Below, one piece after another: positions 38,654-50,810 of a DNA stretch of 64,000 bases. The position numbers and the translations under genes were made by a program. The DNA is taken from assembly GCA_951406725.2 (NCBI GenBank), contig OX597823.1, positions 110,918,001 through 110,982,000 on the forward strand, given 5' to 3'. Source of the DNA: Octopus vulgaris. Taxonomy: Eukaryota. The notes under the pieces are model-generated. The model ran no database searches. It was not told the DNA's origin and saw only the letters and a list, made by a program, of their open reading frames with translations. The stretch's first letter is position 1, and each line of letters opens with the position of its first letter.

Positions 38654-38882
38654 ATTTCTTTACTACCCACAAGGGGCTAAACAAGAGAGGACAAACAAGG
38701 ACAGACAAACGGATTAAGTTGATTACATCGACCCCAATGCATAACTGGTACTTAATTTATCGCCCTGAAAGGATGAAAGGCAAAGTCGACCTCGGTGGAA
38801 TTTGAACTCAGAACGTAACGGCAGACGAAATATGGCTACACATTTCACCCTGTGTGCTAACGTTTCTGCCAGCTCGCCACCT
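38654..38882 (-). mobile_element. SINE family B, full length, with target-site duplication
   Basis: Reverse complement of family B; flanks tgtgtagtta(t/c)ata on both sides. Confidence 0.9.
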
Positions 38883-39791
38883 TACTGTGTAGTTACATAT
38901 ATGTCGTATATAATACTAGCTGCATTTTTTACAAGGCACCAGCACTAGAGAACTTTTCTTGTTCCTCAACCACACTAGAGGGAGTGCAGCATGGTAGATG
39001 GGCAGGAGGAGGGTGGCTTGTACACAGTTTATATAAAGAGTGCCCGATTATCAAAGACATGTAGATCAAGGAGGGGAATAGGGGAGGGACTGATGATCAT
39101 TAACAACAATTTTGCTGAGGCTACAATTCTTCAGTTTTGAAGAATAGGTGTAATCTTGGTGTTCTAGTGATCTGATGAGCTATCTTTTTTATCTGCACTG
39201 ATCTATAAACATACAATTGTATTGTATAATAATATGTAACACACACATTAGTGCAGACATCAAAAATATATTATTAGACACTGAAATTAATAATATGGTG
39301 ATGAAGGCTGTGAAACAGCTGTAATCCTAAAGATGACAAGTGATTGAATAGATATATACACCTCTCACACCTTTTGACTTTTTATAATTATAGGTGTGTA
39401 TGCATGGGTGTGTGTGTGTTTAATTTATGTGTTAGCATGGTTGGAACAAGCTTTATTGAAGCAATAATCTACAATCATTTGCATTTCCTTATACAAAAAC
39501 CTAGTTATTTTTCACAAACAGAATTTTCAATTCAGCTGGTGAAACTACTGACCTTCAGAACATGATGTTTATAGAAGACATAAACGAATACCAATCTTTG
39601 TCAAACTGTGTTAATGTAAAAAACATGCAAAGATACACACACACACACACACACACACATCATATTGTCAGCATCATTGTTTTAATAACCTCTGACCCAT
39701 GCTTGCATTGGTCAAACAAACTTCATTGAAACAGATTCTTTATGGCTGGATAACCTTATTTTACCTATTTCCATATTAATATTTCATCCAC

Positions 39792-39999
39792 TCCTTTCGT
39801 TACCATATTTCTGTTGAGATGCTCTGTGTTTCTTTCAATTAATTTTAAATATGACAAAGAATTTAGTAAAATAACTTAGTTGTCATTAAGCTAGTGTTAG
39901 GAACATAAATTGTGACTAATGTTTGGTGGAAGATTTTAATTCAAAACTTATGGAAACAAGAGCCAGAAGCAGTTCCAGCCAGGTTCGTATTGAAATAGT
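39792..39999 (-). mobile_element. piggyBac-like MITE, second copy
   Basis: Reverse complement of 49429-49649; starts cctttcgttacc. Confidence 0.8.
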
Positions 40000-40034
40000 T
40001 TAAAAATAAACAGCTGGAATGGACAGATATATTG

Positions 40035-40552
40035 GTTTTAAATTTTGGCTCAAGGCTAGCAATTTCAGGGGAGAGGTTTGTCAATGACAACGAACCCAGT
40101 ATGGAACTGATAATATTTAATCAGCCCAAAAGGATGAAAGGTAAAGATGGCATCTGTAAGATTTGAACTCAGAATATAAAAATGGACGAAATATCACTAA
40201 GCATTTTCCCAGTGTGGTGACGATTCTGCCAGCTTCCCACCTGCAAACGGCCAGACATATTAGCATGTGGTATTGCAAATAGAAAACACTATTGTATGAC
40301 ACAGGCATACAAAGTGGGGACACACCTATATATATTTCTTTACGAACCACAAGGGGCTAAACACAGAGGGGACAAACAAGGACAGAAAAACGGATTAAGT
40401 CGATTACATCAACTCCAGTGCGTAACTGGTACTTAATATATCAACCCCAAAAGGATGAAAGGCAAGGTCGACCTCGGCGGAATTTGAACCTAGAACGTAA
40501 CCGCAGACGAAATACAGCTATGCATTTTGCCCGGTGTGCTAACGTTTCTGCC
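40035..40552 (-). mobile_element. Two SINE family B copies (about 40035-40240 and 40334-40552)
   Basis: aaggatgaaagg..tttgaac..ttctgcca motifs. Confidence 0.82.
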
Positions 40553-40625
40553 ATCTCTTAGATCATTGTGTGTGTGTGTGTGTTTGTGTGTGTGTATGCA
40601 TGCACGCAAGTGTGTGTGTATGTAT

Positions 40626-41035
40626 TCTTTTATTCTTTTATTCTTATAGTTGTTTCAGTCATTTCACTGCGGCCATGCTGGAGCACTGCCTTAAAGGAAT
40701 TTTTCCAGTCGAAGAAATCAACCCCAGGACTTATTCTTTGTAAGCCTAGTATTTATTCTATTGGTCTCTTTTGCCAAACCCCTAAGTTACGGGGACGTAA
40801 ACACACCAGCATCGGTTTTTAAGTGGTGGTGGTGGGGGACAAACTCAGACATACACACATACATATATATAAATATATAACAGGCTTCTTTCAGTTTCCA
40901 TCTACCAAATCCACTCACAAGGCTTTGATCAGCCTGAGGCTATAGTAGAAGACACTCGCCCAAAGTGCAACACAGTGGGACTGAACCTGGAACCATGTGG
41001 TTGGGAAGCAAGCTTCTTACCACACAGCCATGCCT
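40626..41035 (-). mobile_element. SINE family A
   Basis: ttgtttcagtcattt..ggccatgctggagcac..cttaccacacagccatgcct. Confidence 0.9.
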
Positions 41036-41999
41036 ACAACTATGTATATATAGGCAAAACACCTTTCAAATTTTCAAATGTGTGTGTGTATACTATTATA
41101 TAAGGGCTGAGTATCTTTCAGATTAACTTGGGACTACAATGGAAGACACTTGCTCAAGGGGCAGTGGGACTGAATCCAAAACTATAAGTTTGGGAGGCAA
41201 ACTTCTTAACCACAGAGTTCAGTTTCCTTCTCTCTTTCTTCCTTTCCTTCTCTCTCTCTCTCTTTCAATCTCAATCACTCTCTCACCCCCTCTCTATCAA
41301 TATATACATATAAATGTGTATACACACACACACACTGATGGGGACCACTTCCATCTCAGATGAATCCTAATCAGTTTGGAGTAAAGCTCCTTTCGATTCA
41401 TCCCATTCCATCATTTTTGCCACTAGCACTGTTGATGATGATGATGAGGATGATGATGATGATGATGGATGTGGTGGTGATGATGATGCTGATGATGACA
41501 ACGACAACGACAACAACGACGACGATGATTACAATGACAACCCTTGTATTTTTTTTTTACATATTTACATATTCATTTGCATAAACATTTATTTATATTT
41601 ATATATATATTTCCATTATTTTATTGTTTCTATATTTTTTTCCCTCTCATTATAATAAGTTATTTATTTCATTTTTCATATTGTTATCTTGAGTTTTCAC
41701 ATTCGTTTTAAATTCTCTTGTTTACTTCTACGCTAGATTTTTTTTGCGATCTTTCCCTATTTAGGGTGCTGCCGAGTATATGAGGGGAGGGGCAACAGTT
41801 GTACGTGCATTGTCGGTTTTTGTTATTGTCTCTATCCTCCCCAGCACATATATCTATGTTGTTGTTGTTGTTGCTTTTATTGTTGCTAATGTTAATGCTG
41901 ATGGAGACAGTGGTGGTTGCAGCATTGACAGTGGTGGTCATGGTAGTAGTATCATGGCTCCTGTTCTTTTACTGTGTCATTAGCATTAGCTTGGCTTAT

Positions 42000-42001
42000 A
42001 C

Positions 42002-42040
<39 letters not shown>

Positions 42041-42156
42041 TGTGTATGTGTGTATGTGTGTATGTGTGAGTGTGTATGTATATATATGTATATGTATGTA
42101 TGCATATATATATATATATATATATACATATATACATATATATGTATATGTATGTA

Positions 42157-42194
<38 letters not shown>

Positions 42195-42464
42195 TGTATA
42201 TATACATATATATATATGTGTATATATATATATACATATATATATTATATATGTATGTATATGTATATATATGTATATACATGTAAATGTATAAGTGTAT
42301 ACATATGTACATATATATATATATACATATACAATATATGTATAGCCGTGTATGTTTATGAGTGCATGTGTGTGTCAATATTCATGCGTATGTATAGGGT
42401 ATGATGGTATGTTAATATTGGTCATTGTGATACTTACACACACACACACACACATACACACACT

Positions 42465-42495
<31 letters not shown>

Positions 42496-42823
42496 GTGTG
42501 CTGTTTTATTCCATGACCGGCCCAACCTGACCACCACCTTATACATCAGCCAGTTTGTGATTCATGTATATTATTAAGTTCAATCACAGATAAGATTAAA
42601 AAGTAAATACATCTAAAAACACACGTTTGTGCAGACACACACACACACACACACACACGTAAACACACACAAGCCCACATACACGCTCACACTCACACAA
42701 ATACACACACAATCACATGGATTTTCAAATATAAACACACAAAACACATACATAATCACAGAGGTAACCATCTGCAGATGATACATACATACATACTTAT
42801 ATATATGTATGTATGTAGATATG

Positions 42824-42872
<49 letters not shown>

Positions 42873-42907
42873 ATGTGTGTGTGTATATATATATATAGAT
42901 AGATATG

Positions 42908-42954
<47 letters not shown>

Positions 42955-43566
42955 GTATGCATGTATGTATGTATATATACAAACACAAAGAAACATGTAT
43001 ATGCATACCCACACATATATGCAGAAATTCAAGCAAACACCAAAATGAAACATAAATATATAAATAAACATATAAAAAAAATCAAGAACAAATGGATGAC
43101 AAATTTCAGAAAAAAAAATGTACAATAAAAAAATGCGATGAAACCAAAAAAAAAAAAAAAAAAAAATATATATATATAAAAAAAATCACACCAAACATCA
43201 ATGATTAGAAAAAAAAAAAACATATTAAAAGGACACAGAAAGAGAAATAAACAAACAGCAAAAAACATGAGATGATGATTGGGTGAAAAAATATTGCTGT
43301 GATGTTCGGTAAGAGAGAATTGGCTTGTTACATGAAACACTGGTGTAATACAGAGAGAGAGGCATTGCCTTTTAATCTTTTAAATTCTACAACTTAATTC
43401 CAGAGTTGCCAACAAAATGGCACTGTCATTTCACATCTGTTATTATAGTATGATGATTCTATCTTAAAACTACACTTAGTTTTCTTTGTTGCCAATTCTC
43501 TGTAATGGAATATATGAGTTATATATATTCCTGAATACTATTTCGATTTTTGTTAAGGATATATAT

Positions 43567-43607
<41 letters not shown>

Positions 43608-43630
43608 CATCTATCTACCTATCTACCTAA

Positions 43631-43693
<63 letters not shown>

Positions 43694-43708
43694 GTTATCC
43701 ATCCATCC

Positions 43709-43775
<67 letters not shown>

Positions 43776-44070
43776 CCACAATGTGTGTATGAGTGGCATT
43801 GTATACTTCAAGCATATATGTACTATATAAAAACACAAACACACATACATGTATGAGGGCATGCACACACACACACACACACATATATATGTATATTATG
43901 CATTTCTATACATATTGATGCATACATATTTATGGGTTGCTTTGCATATATATATATATAAACATGTATGTATATATATATACCTATATATATACATATA
44001 TATATGTATATGTGTGTATATATACATATATAACTATGTGTGTAAATATATTCCTATATATATATATGTA

Positions 44071-44129
<59 letters not shown>

Positions 44130-44339
44130 GGCTAGTTATTTAGCCTGGTCTTGTCTTCATTTTGTTTGATTTTTTGTTGTAGGTTGTTTGTATAAAAACA
44201 CGAGTATGCTAATCCTGCAGTATGTTGCTTGCACTATAGACATTTGCCAACCTCAAACAAAGATTATAAAAGATAATTTTGTTTCTATTTGCTTTAAGTT
44301 TTTTGTTCAGTATTTGCTACATATATAAGTATATATAAG

Positions 44340-44370
<31 letters not shown>

Positions 44371-44646
44371 TTGTAAGTGTGTTTATATATATGCATACTC
44401 ACCCACACATTATATATATCAATATATGTATGTATGTGTATATATATATATAATGTATGTATGTATGTATGTATCTATGTGTATGTATGTATGTATGTAT
44501 GTATGTATGTATGTATGTATGTATGTATGTATATATATGTATGTATGTATGTGTGTGTGTATGTGTATATAAATGTGTACCCATAAATGCATGTGTATAT
44601 ACATATATATGTAAGCATGTACATATAGGTATGTATGTATACATGC

Positions 44647-44704
<58 letters not shown>

Positions 44705-44750
44705 ATATATATATATCAATATACATATATATATCTATATATATAATCAC
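42000..44750. repeat. Compound microsatellite field (TA, CA, CTAT, TATG)
   Basis: Directly visible. Confidence 0.9.
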
Positions 44751-45194
44751 TATTTTACATCAGAGTTTTCATGTTAGAATTGGTCTGACAATTCCTGATT
44801 GTCCGAGTCAGTTTTTATTGGTGCTACTTTACCACCCTGCAAGACACATTGAATACCAAATCTTGTATATTCCATTTTTCAGTTGATTTTATAAAGAAAT
44901 ATTTCATTAACAAGTGAAGTTTGTAATTCTACCAAGTGCCAAGGGAACTGAAATCTCCCCAGATAAAATGGTAAATTGAAAATATGTATTCAGCCTGATG
45001 ACCAATAATAGCGGCAAATAGGTGGAATTGGCAATCAACCTCTGTACATATACTGTAAAAGAAAATTAGAAATATGACATGAGACAAAAATTTTGAATCT
45101 AATCCATTTATTGATAGTTATTTACTTCACCAAACTCTTGCAGATATATAATAATAATGGTAGTAGTAGTAGTACTAATAGTATTAATATTATC

Positions 45195-45668
45195 AAGCAA
45201 GCTGACAAAATCATTAGTAAAATTATTTTGAGGTTTTTCTTCTGGTCCTTTGCTTTCAGAGTTCAAATCTGCCTGAGAGCAGCTTTAGATTTCATCCTTC
45301 TGTGGTCAATGGAATGAACTAGCTGTCAAGTATTGAATTCAAAATTATCCAACAGCCACCCTCTCAAAATTACTGGCTTTGTGCCAAGATTTGAAACCCA
45401 CATCAACATCATCATCATCATCATCATCATCGGTGGCGGCAGCGGTGTCATCATTGTCATCATCATTATTATTGATGCTGCAATCATTCGTACATTGAAT
45501 GAAATGCTTGGCAGCAGTTTCTTTCCTCTCTTTGTGACCGGACCTCAAAGCCTACCTTTCAACTTTTCAGGGTCGATGAAATATAGTACCATGAATTCAT
45601 TAGGATCAGTGTAATTGATTTGCCCCTTCCCTCAAAACTGACGATCTTGTGCCTAAATTAGAATGAAC

Positions 45669-45742
<74 letters not shown>

Positions 45743-45935
45743 GGTGAGCTGGATGAATTGTTAGCAGGCTGGGCAAAATCGTTCATTCTTTTTTTCATTC
45801 TGAGATCAAATTCTGCCGAGGTTGACTTAGCCTTACAACCTTTCATGGTTGAGAAAATAAGTATCAATTGAGTACTGGGTTCGATGTAATCAAATTAACC
45901 CCTCTTCCCCAAAATTGCTAGCCTTGTGCCAAAAT
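45195..45935 (+). mobile_element. Three old SINE family B copies separated by (CAT)n/(TTA)n
   Basis: Degenerate gagttcaaat..ttcatcc..ggtc and ..ccttgtgcc..aa tails near 45260, 45570 and 45800. Confidence 0.65.
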
Positions 45936-45949
45936 CAATCTTACTTGCT

Positions 45950-46225
45950 CCAGTTAATTCTGTAAGAATGAACAACAATCTGGTGTCAAGGTCTCACAGG
46001 ATTTCTTTCTATGACACTTAAAACCAAAGTACCAGTTTTAAAATTCTCACTGTCTTCAATAGTTAGGTTTTTGAGTGTGTTCTACCCTCTTATCAATTCC
46101 AGTTCCTCCAATATATTTCTCAAATCTGGTTGTTAGTGCTCCCAGTGTCCCTATAACTACAAGGATAACAGTTACTCCCTTCTTTGTCCACATGAGTGCA
46201 ATTTCATCTTTAAGAATCTTCTCTA
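45950..46225 (-). mobile_element. R4/Dong-type LINE extreme 3' end, same subfamily as 6508-7416
   Basis: Minus translation KDEIALMWTKKGVTVILVVIGTLGALTTRFEKYIGGTGIDKRVEHTQK parallels the 7067 frame. Confidence 0.8.
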
Positions 46226-46239
46226 GAATTCTTGGATAA

Positions 46240-46735
46240 TATTGGGTGGAACTTTTCTGCTGGTTGACAATGCAAATTTTTTCTATTTTCTATTCAGTCT
46301 TTTTCAGTCTTTTAGTAGCATTTTGAGTGTTGTGCAAAGGGCATCATTTACTACAGGAATAACTGTTGTCTTAGTCCTCCACTGCCTCCTCAGCTCCTTG
46401 CTAGATCCTGATATTTCTTTATTTTTTGTAGATTTCTTTTGTATTGGCTCTGCTATCATCAGGAACTGCAAAATCTATGATCTTACACTGTTTCTTTATC
46501 TTGTCCTCTATAATCGTATTTGGTCTTCTTGCGTAGATAGTATGATCAGTCATGGGGAGGCCCCACAAGATATTGTAATTCTCATTTCCTATAAGATATT
46601 TTTGCTTGTGTCCATACCACTTTTCTGTTATTTTGAAGCCACATAGTCAGCTAACTTCCCAGTGCACTCTTTTGCACATGCAGCCATGCATGCACTTATA
46701 CACCTTATGTGCTAGTATAATACACTTTCTCAAAA
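46240..46735 (-). mobile_element. R4/Dong-type LINE endonuclease fragment, another subfamily
   Basis: Minus translation ..RVHWEV..KITEKWYGHK..ENYNILWG..TDHTIYARRPNTIIEDKIKKQCKIIDFAVPDD..(shift)KYQDLARELRRQWRTKTTVIPVV. Confidence 0.82.
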
Positions 46736-46834
46736 GGGGATTGGTACTTTCATCTACCTTGCTTTGATACAGTCCTGGCAACTTATCAAACCATCATCAT
46801 CATCATCATCACCACCACCACCACCATCATCTTC

Positions 46835-46890
<56 letters not shown>

Positions 46891-46910
46891 AATCATCAAT
46901 CATCATCGTC

Positions 46911-46947
<37 letters not shown>

Positions 46948-46953
46948 ATCATT

Positions 46954-46991
<38 letters not shown>

Positions 46992-47029
46992 TATTAGTGT
47001 AAAAAATTAGTATCGAGAGAAGAAAACAC

Positions 47030-47580
47030 ACACATACGCACTCACACAAACATGACAGGCTCCTTTCAGTTTCAATCTGCCAAATCCATTCACAAGTCTT
47101 TAGTCATCCCAGGACTACATTTGAAGCAACTTGTCCAAGTTGCCATTCAGTGAAAACGAACCTCAATCCATATAGTTCCAAAGCAAGGTTCTTACATTCA
47201 CAGCCATAGTGGCTGTGTGGTAAGTAGCTTGCTAACCAACCACATGGTTCCGGGTTCAGTCCCACTGCGTGACACCTTGGGCAAGTGTCTTCTACTATAG
47301 CCTTGGGCCGACCAAAGCCTTGTGAGTGGATTTGGTAGACTGAAACTGAAAGAAGCCTGTCGTATATATGTATATATATATATATGTGTTTGTGTGTCTG
47401 TGTTTGTCCCCCTAGCATTGCTTGACAACCGATGCTGGTGTGTTTACGTCCCGTCACTTAGCGGTTCGGCAAAACAGACTGATAGAATAAGTCCCGGGGT
47501 CGATTTGCTCGACTAAATGCGGTGCTCCAGCATGGCCGCAGTCAAATGACTGAAACAAGTAAAAGAGTAAAAAAAGAGTA
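47030..47580. mobile_element. Head-to-head SINE family A pair (old minus copy about 47030-47206; young plus copy 47208-47580)
   Basis: Junction cacagcca-tag-tggctgtg; both bodies recognisable. Confidence 0.85.
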
Positions 47581-48520
47581 TCATTGCCATTAGATATTAC
47601 AGTCCAAGACAGCCTCTATAAGATTGCTTAAGTATGAGCTGACCTGAGGCTAGATTCAAACAGTAATCACTATGTATAGTCTGTCATTGGAAACTTTATG
47701 TTTTGGCAGTAGATATTTTCACACTGCCACTGTGGGGATATGAACCGCAGACTTCAGAGTTACTTTGCTAGTTCACTACTGATTCGTTCATTTACAGTCT
47801 CTTTCTTTCTCTTGATTTGCATATCTTTCTTTGTCTCTGTCTCTTTTTGCCTCTCTCTTATTGTCTTTCCCATCCTCTCTTTTTCTCCTTCTCTCTGCTA
47901 AATAATTCATAGCTGTTAGTTCCATCCCTCATACGCCACTGAGATCCACCTTGCCTTGTATCTTTTGCCTGAAAAGTCTGAGATTTCCATATAAGAAATA
48001 ATACTTCTTCCACCACTATTATTGTTGTTGTTGTTGCTGTTGTTGTTCTTCATGTTCTTCAAGTTGCTGCCGTTGGTGTTACAAGTAACATCTGATAATA
48101 ATATTGGACATTTCTCAAGTAATGTCTTCTTATGCGACTTAGAATAACAAATGAGTTATGCATCAAAGTTAAAACTGGTTTAAAGCAAAATTAGAGGAAG
48201 AATCTGATACCATGTATCAGATTTGTTTAGCCTCTGGCAATTAAGAGATTTTTAATAAAAGTCTACGATATGATTATATGAAATCCATTAGAAGAATGCC
48301 ATAATAAACTTGACAAATCTAGGTCATATCTGCTTTGAATTCAAATGGAAAATAAAAAAACAAAAAACAATAAAATTATTTATCTCATATTTGTCTTTTG
48401 AAATATCATATTAACTCTTTTCATGTATTCCAACTGGATTTTATTGTGAAAACTTTTTACATGTATGTGTGTGTATGTGTGTGTGTGTATGTGTGTGTGT
48501 GTATGTGTGTGTGTGTGTGC

Positions 48521-48552
<32 letters not shown>

Positions 48553-48918
48553 ATTTCTCAGTACAAATATCTTTATGTAAGAGATACAATAGATAAAGAG
48601 AGCTCAACATTCTAAAGTACAACTGAAAAAGATCTAATCTAATATACATGCAACGATGTCGACACAAAATACTCTATGAACTACAAATATTAATATTAAA
48701 ATATATCGATATTTACTTTGGTAATAAACATGCCTTACTTCCTAGAGTATTTTGTAAGTATAAATTTGCATGTAGAGGCTGAATGATTTTAGCTCATCTG
48801 TAGCACATTGAACACTCTACACATATTCGTCTTCTTCAAGCGAATGTATTTGAGATGCATTTCATTATGCCATGAAGGGAAGTTTTTGTTTCCCTTCTTT
48901 TTTTTCAGAAATGGTGAT

Positions 48919-49195
48919 CAGTGAATAAACTTCACTGAAAATATATATATTTGCGAAGGCTTGGCAAGCATCTTCAACTAGCAGGCCATGCTACCCTAGA
49001 CTGATGAAGAGCAAGACTCACAAACATGCATGTCTCTAGGTGCTGGCCTGGCTGTTGGGGCTGCTTGTCTCCCCTTCGCAAATATAAGGACACAGGAAAT
49101 GTGTCAAAAGCTGACAGGAAGCGTCGATGCTTCCTAGGGCTAAATAGCAGTGGTGTGATTCCCTTTACGGGACTGTCACATTAAGTCGACAGTAT
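48919..49195 (+). ncRNA. Structured hammerhead-containing element, divergent homolog of 37847-38360
   Basis: Rod 48946-49086 closed by tatatttgcgaagg/ccttcgcaaatata; apex cctaga-CTGATGA-a-gag-caaga-ctc-aCAAA-catgcatg-TC-tctagg (48995-49040; GAAA box damaged); flanking hairpins in the same order as in the 38-kb element. Confidence 0.75.
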
Positions 49196-49297
49196 ACAGT
49201 CGTTCTTTTGTTTTCTTTTTTCGTAGGTCCTCAATTTCATGATGTGGCCAATCGTATCACTGTAGTTGATATCAATAGAAACAGATGCACAAAATAC

Positions 49298-50810
49298 AGA
49301 ATTAGATTTGATGAGATGCAGTTTAGTGTCAGGGAGAAGTATTGCTGATACTATCTTCCTAGTTAGACAACTGCAGAGGATGTATTTAGCCAAAAACAAG
49401 TCATTGTAATGGCATTTGTCAACCTTAACCCTTTTGATACCAACCTGGCTGAAACCGCTTCTGGCTCTGTAGTACAAATGTCTTGTTTTCAAAAATTCTG
49501 CATTAAAATCTTCCACCAAACCTTAGTCACAATTTATGTTCCTAACACTAACTTAATGATTACTAAATTATTTTATTAAATTCTTTGTTATATTTAAATT
49601 AATTGAAAGAAACACAGAGCATCTCAAAATAAATACGGTAACGAATACGTTAAGTAAGCATTTGACAGAGTCTCCTATGCTGTGATCTGGTGGTCTCTTA
49701 GGAAACTAAGGGTAGATGAGTGGCTTGTGAGAGCAAAGAAGCCCTGTACAAAGATGCTGTCAGTTTGCTAAGAGTTAACTATGAGTACAACAATTAATTT
49801 AGAGTACAGGTTGGAGGTCTCTAGTGCTGCTTTGTTCTCAGTTTCCTTCTATTCATCATAGTCTTCCAAGCCATAACAAAGGAATTAAAGACTGGTGCTC
49901 TTGGGAACTCTAATATTCTGATGACTTTGTTCTTAATGCACAATCTGTAACAGAATCAGAAAAGAAATTCCAGGAGTGGGAGCAAAACTAGAATCAAATG
50001 GTTTTAAAGTTGACTTAGTAAAGACCAAAGTTCTAGTAAGTAGGAAAACAGATAGGACACTATTCCCATTCTGTTTGATCTGTAGAAAAGATACTATCAG
50101 AAATTCTTTATAGAGTACTCAGTGCGAGCTATGAACATGCATGATGTGCTGTAGAATTACAGGAAGATTAAAAGAGAAAGTAGTGTTTGTATTTGGAAGT
50201 TGCACAGGAACAATACACACCAAAGACATGGAAAATGGGTTTTCCTGAATGCTCAAGAGGATCCCAAGAGGCTGTAAATAATTTTTACCTTCTAGGTGAT
50301 CTAATTAGCAGTGGAGGAGGATGTTCTGCAGGTGTGCTCTCTAGAATAGGATAGGAAGGAGGAAGGAGGAGAATTATTACTTCTATTGGCAACAAAAGCT
50401 CTCGCCCTCTCCTAATTGTTCGATGTTTATGAACAGCAAAGGTATGTGGTTGTGCGACATGGATCTTGAATGCAGAGGACATGCAAAGACTAGAAAGGAA
50501 TAAAGCTAATATTCTCTGTTGGATGTGCCACGTCAATGTTCCTGTACAACAAAATGTAAATGTGTTGAGAGAAAAATTAGCCATAAGAGAAATCAGATGT
50601 AGAGTACGAAGGAGAAGACCATATAGGTTTGGTCATATAATGTATATGCATGAGAACCCCAGCGTAAAAATGTGCTGATCTCTTAAACTGGTTAAAACTC
50701 GGAGAAGTAGAAACCTAGAAAGACATGAAACAAAGTAATGAAAGGTGATCTCAATATGCTGAGCTTCACACACGAGAGGAAAAAGAACCGAATTATTGGT
50801 GATTCATTCT
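49298..50810 (+). mobile_element. RTE-clade LINE reverse transcriptase relic, interrupted by a MITE
   Basis: FDEMQF..DTIFLVRQLQ..AFVNLK*AFDRV..IWWSLRKL..YSDDFVL..KTKVLVS..FYLLGDLISSGGGC..LERNKANILCWMC..FGHIM; many stops and frameshifts. Confidence 0.9.
49429..49649 (+). mobile_element. piggyBac-like MITE with TTAA target-site duplication
   Basis: ttaa|cccttttgatacc ... ggtaacgaatacg|ttaa; removing it restores the RT motif VNLK*AFDRV. Confidence 0.88.

Noticed and set aside
39170-39205. CTGATGAG motif
   Set aside because: No downstream stem II or GAAA.
44992-45025. CTGATGA-cc..gg-CAAA
   Set aside because: No GAAA box and no stem I or III pairing.
49181-49519. 112-aa minus-strand ORF
   Set aside because: It is antisense to the RTE relic and spans the MITE junction; a chance frame.
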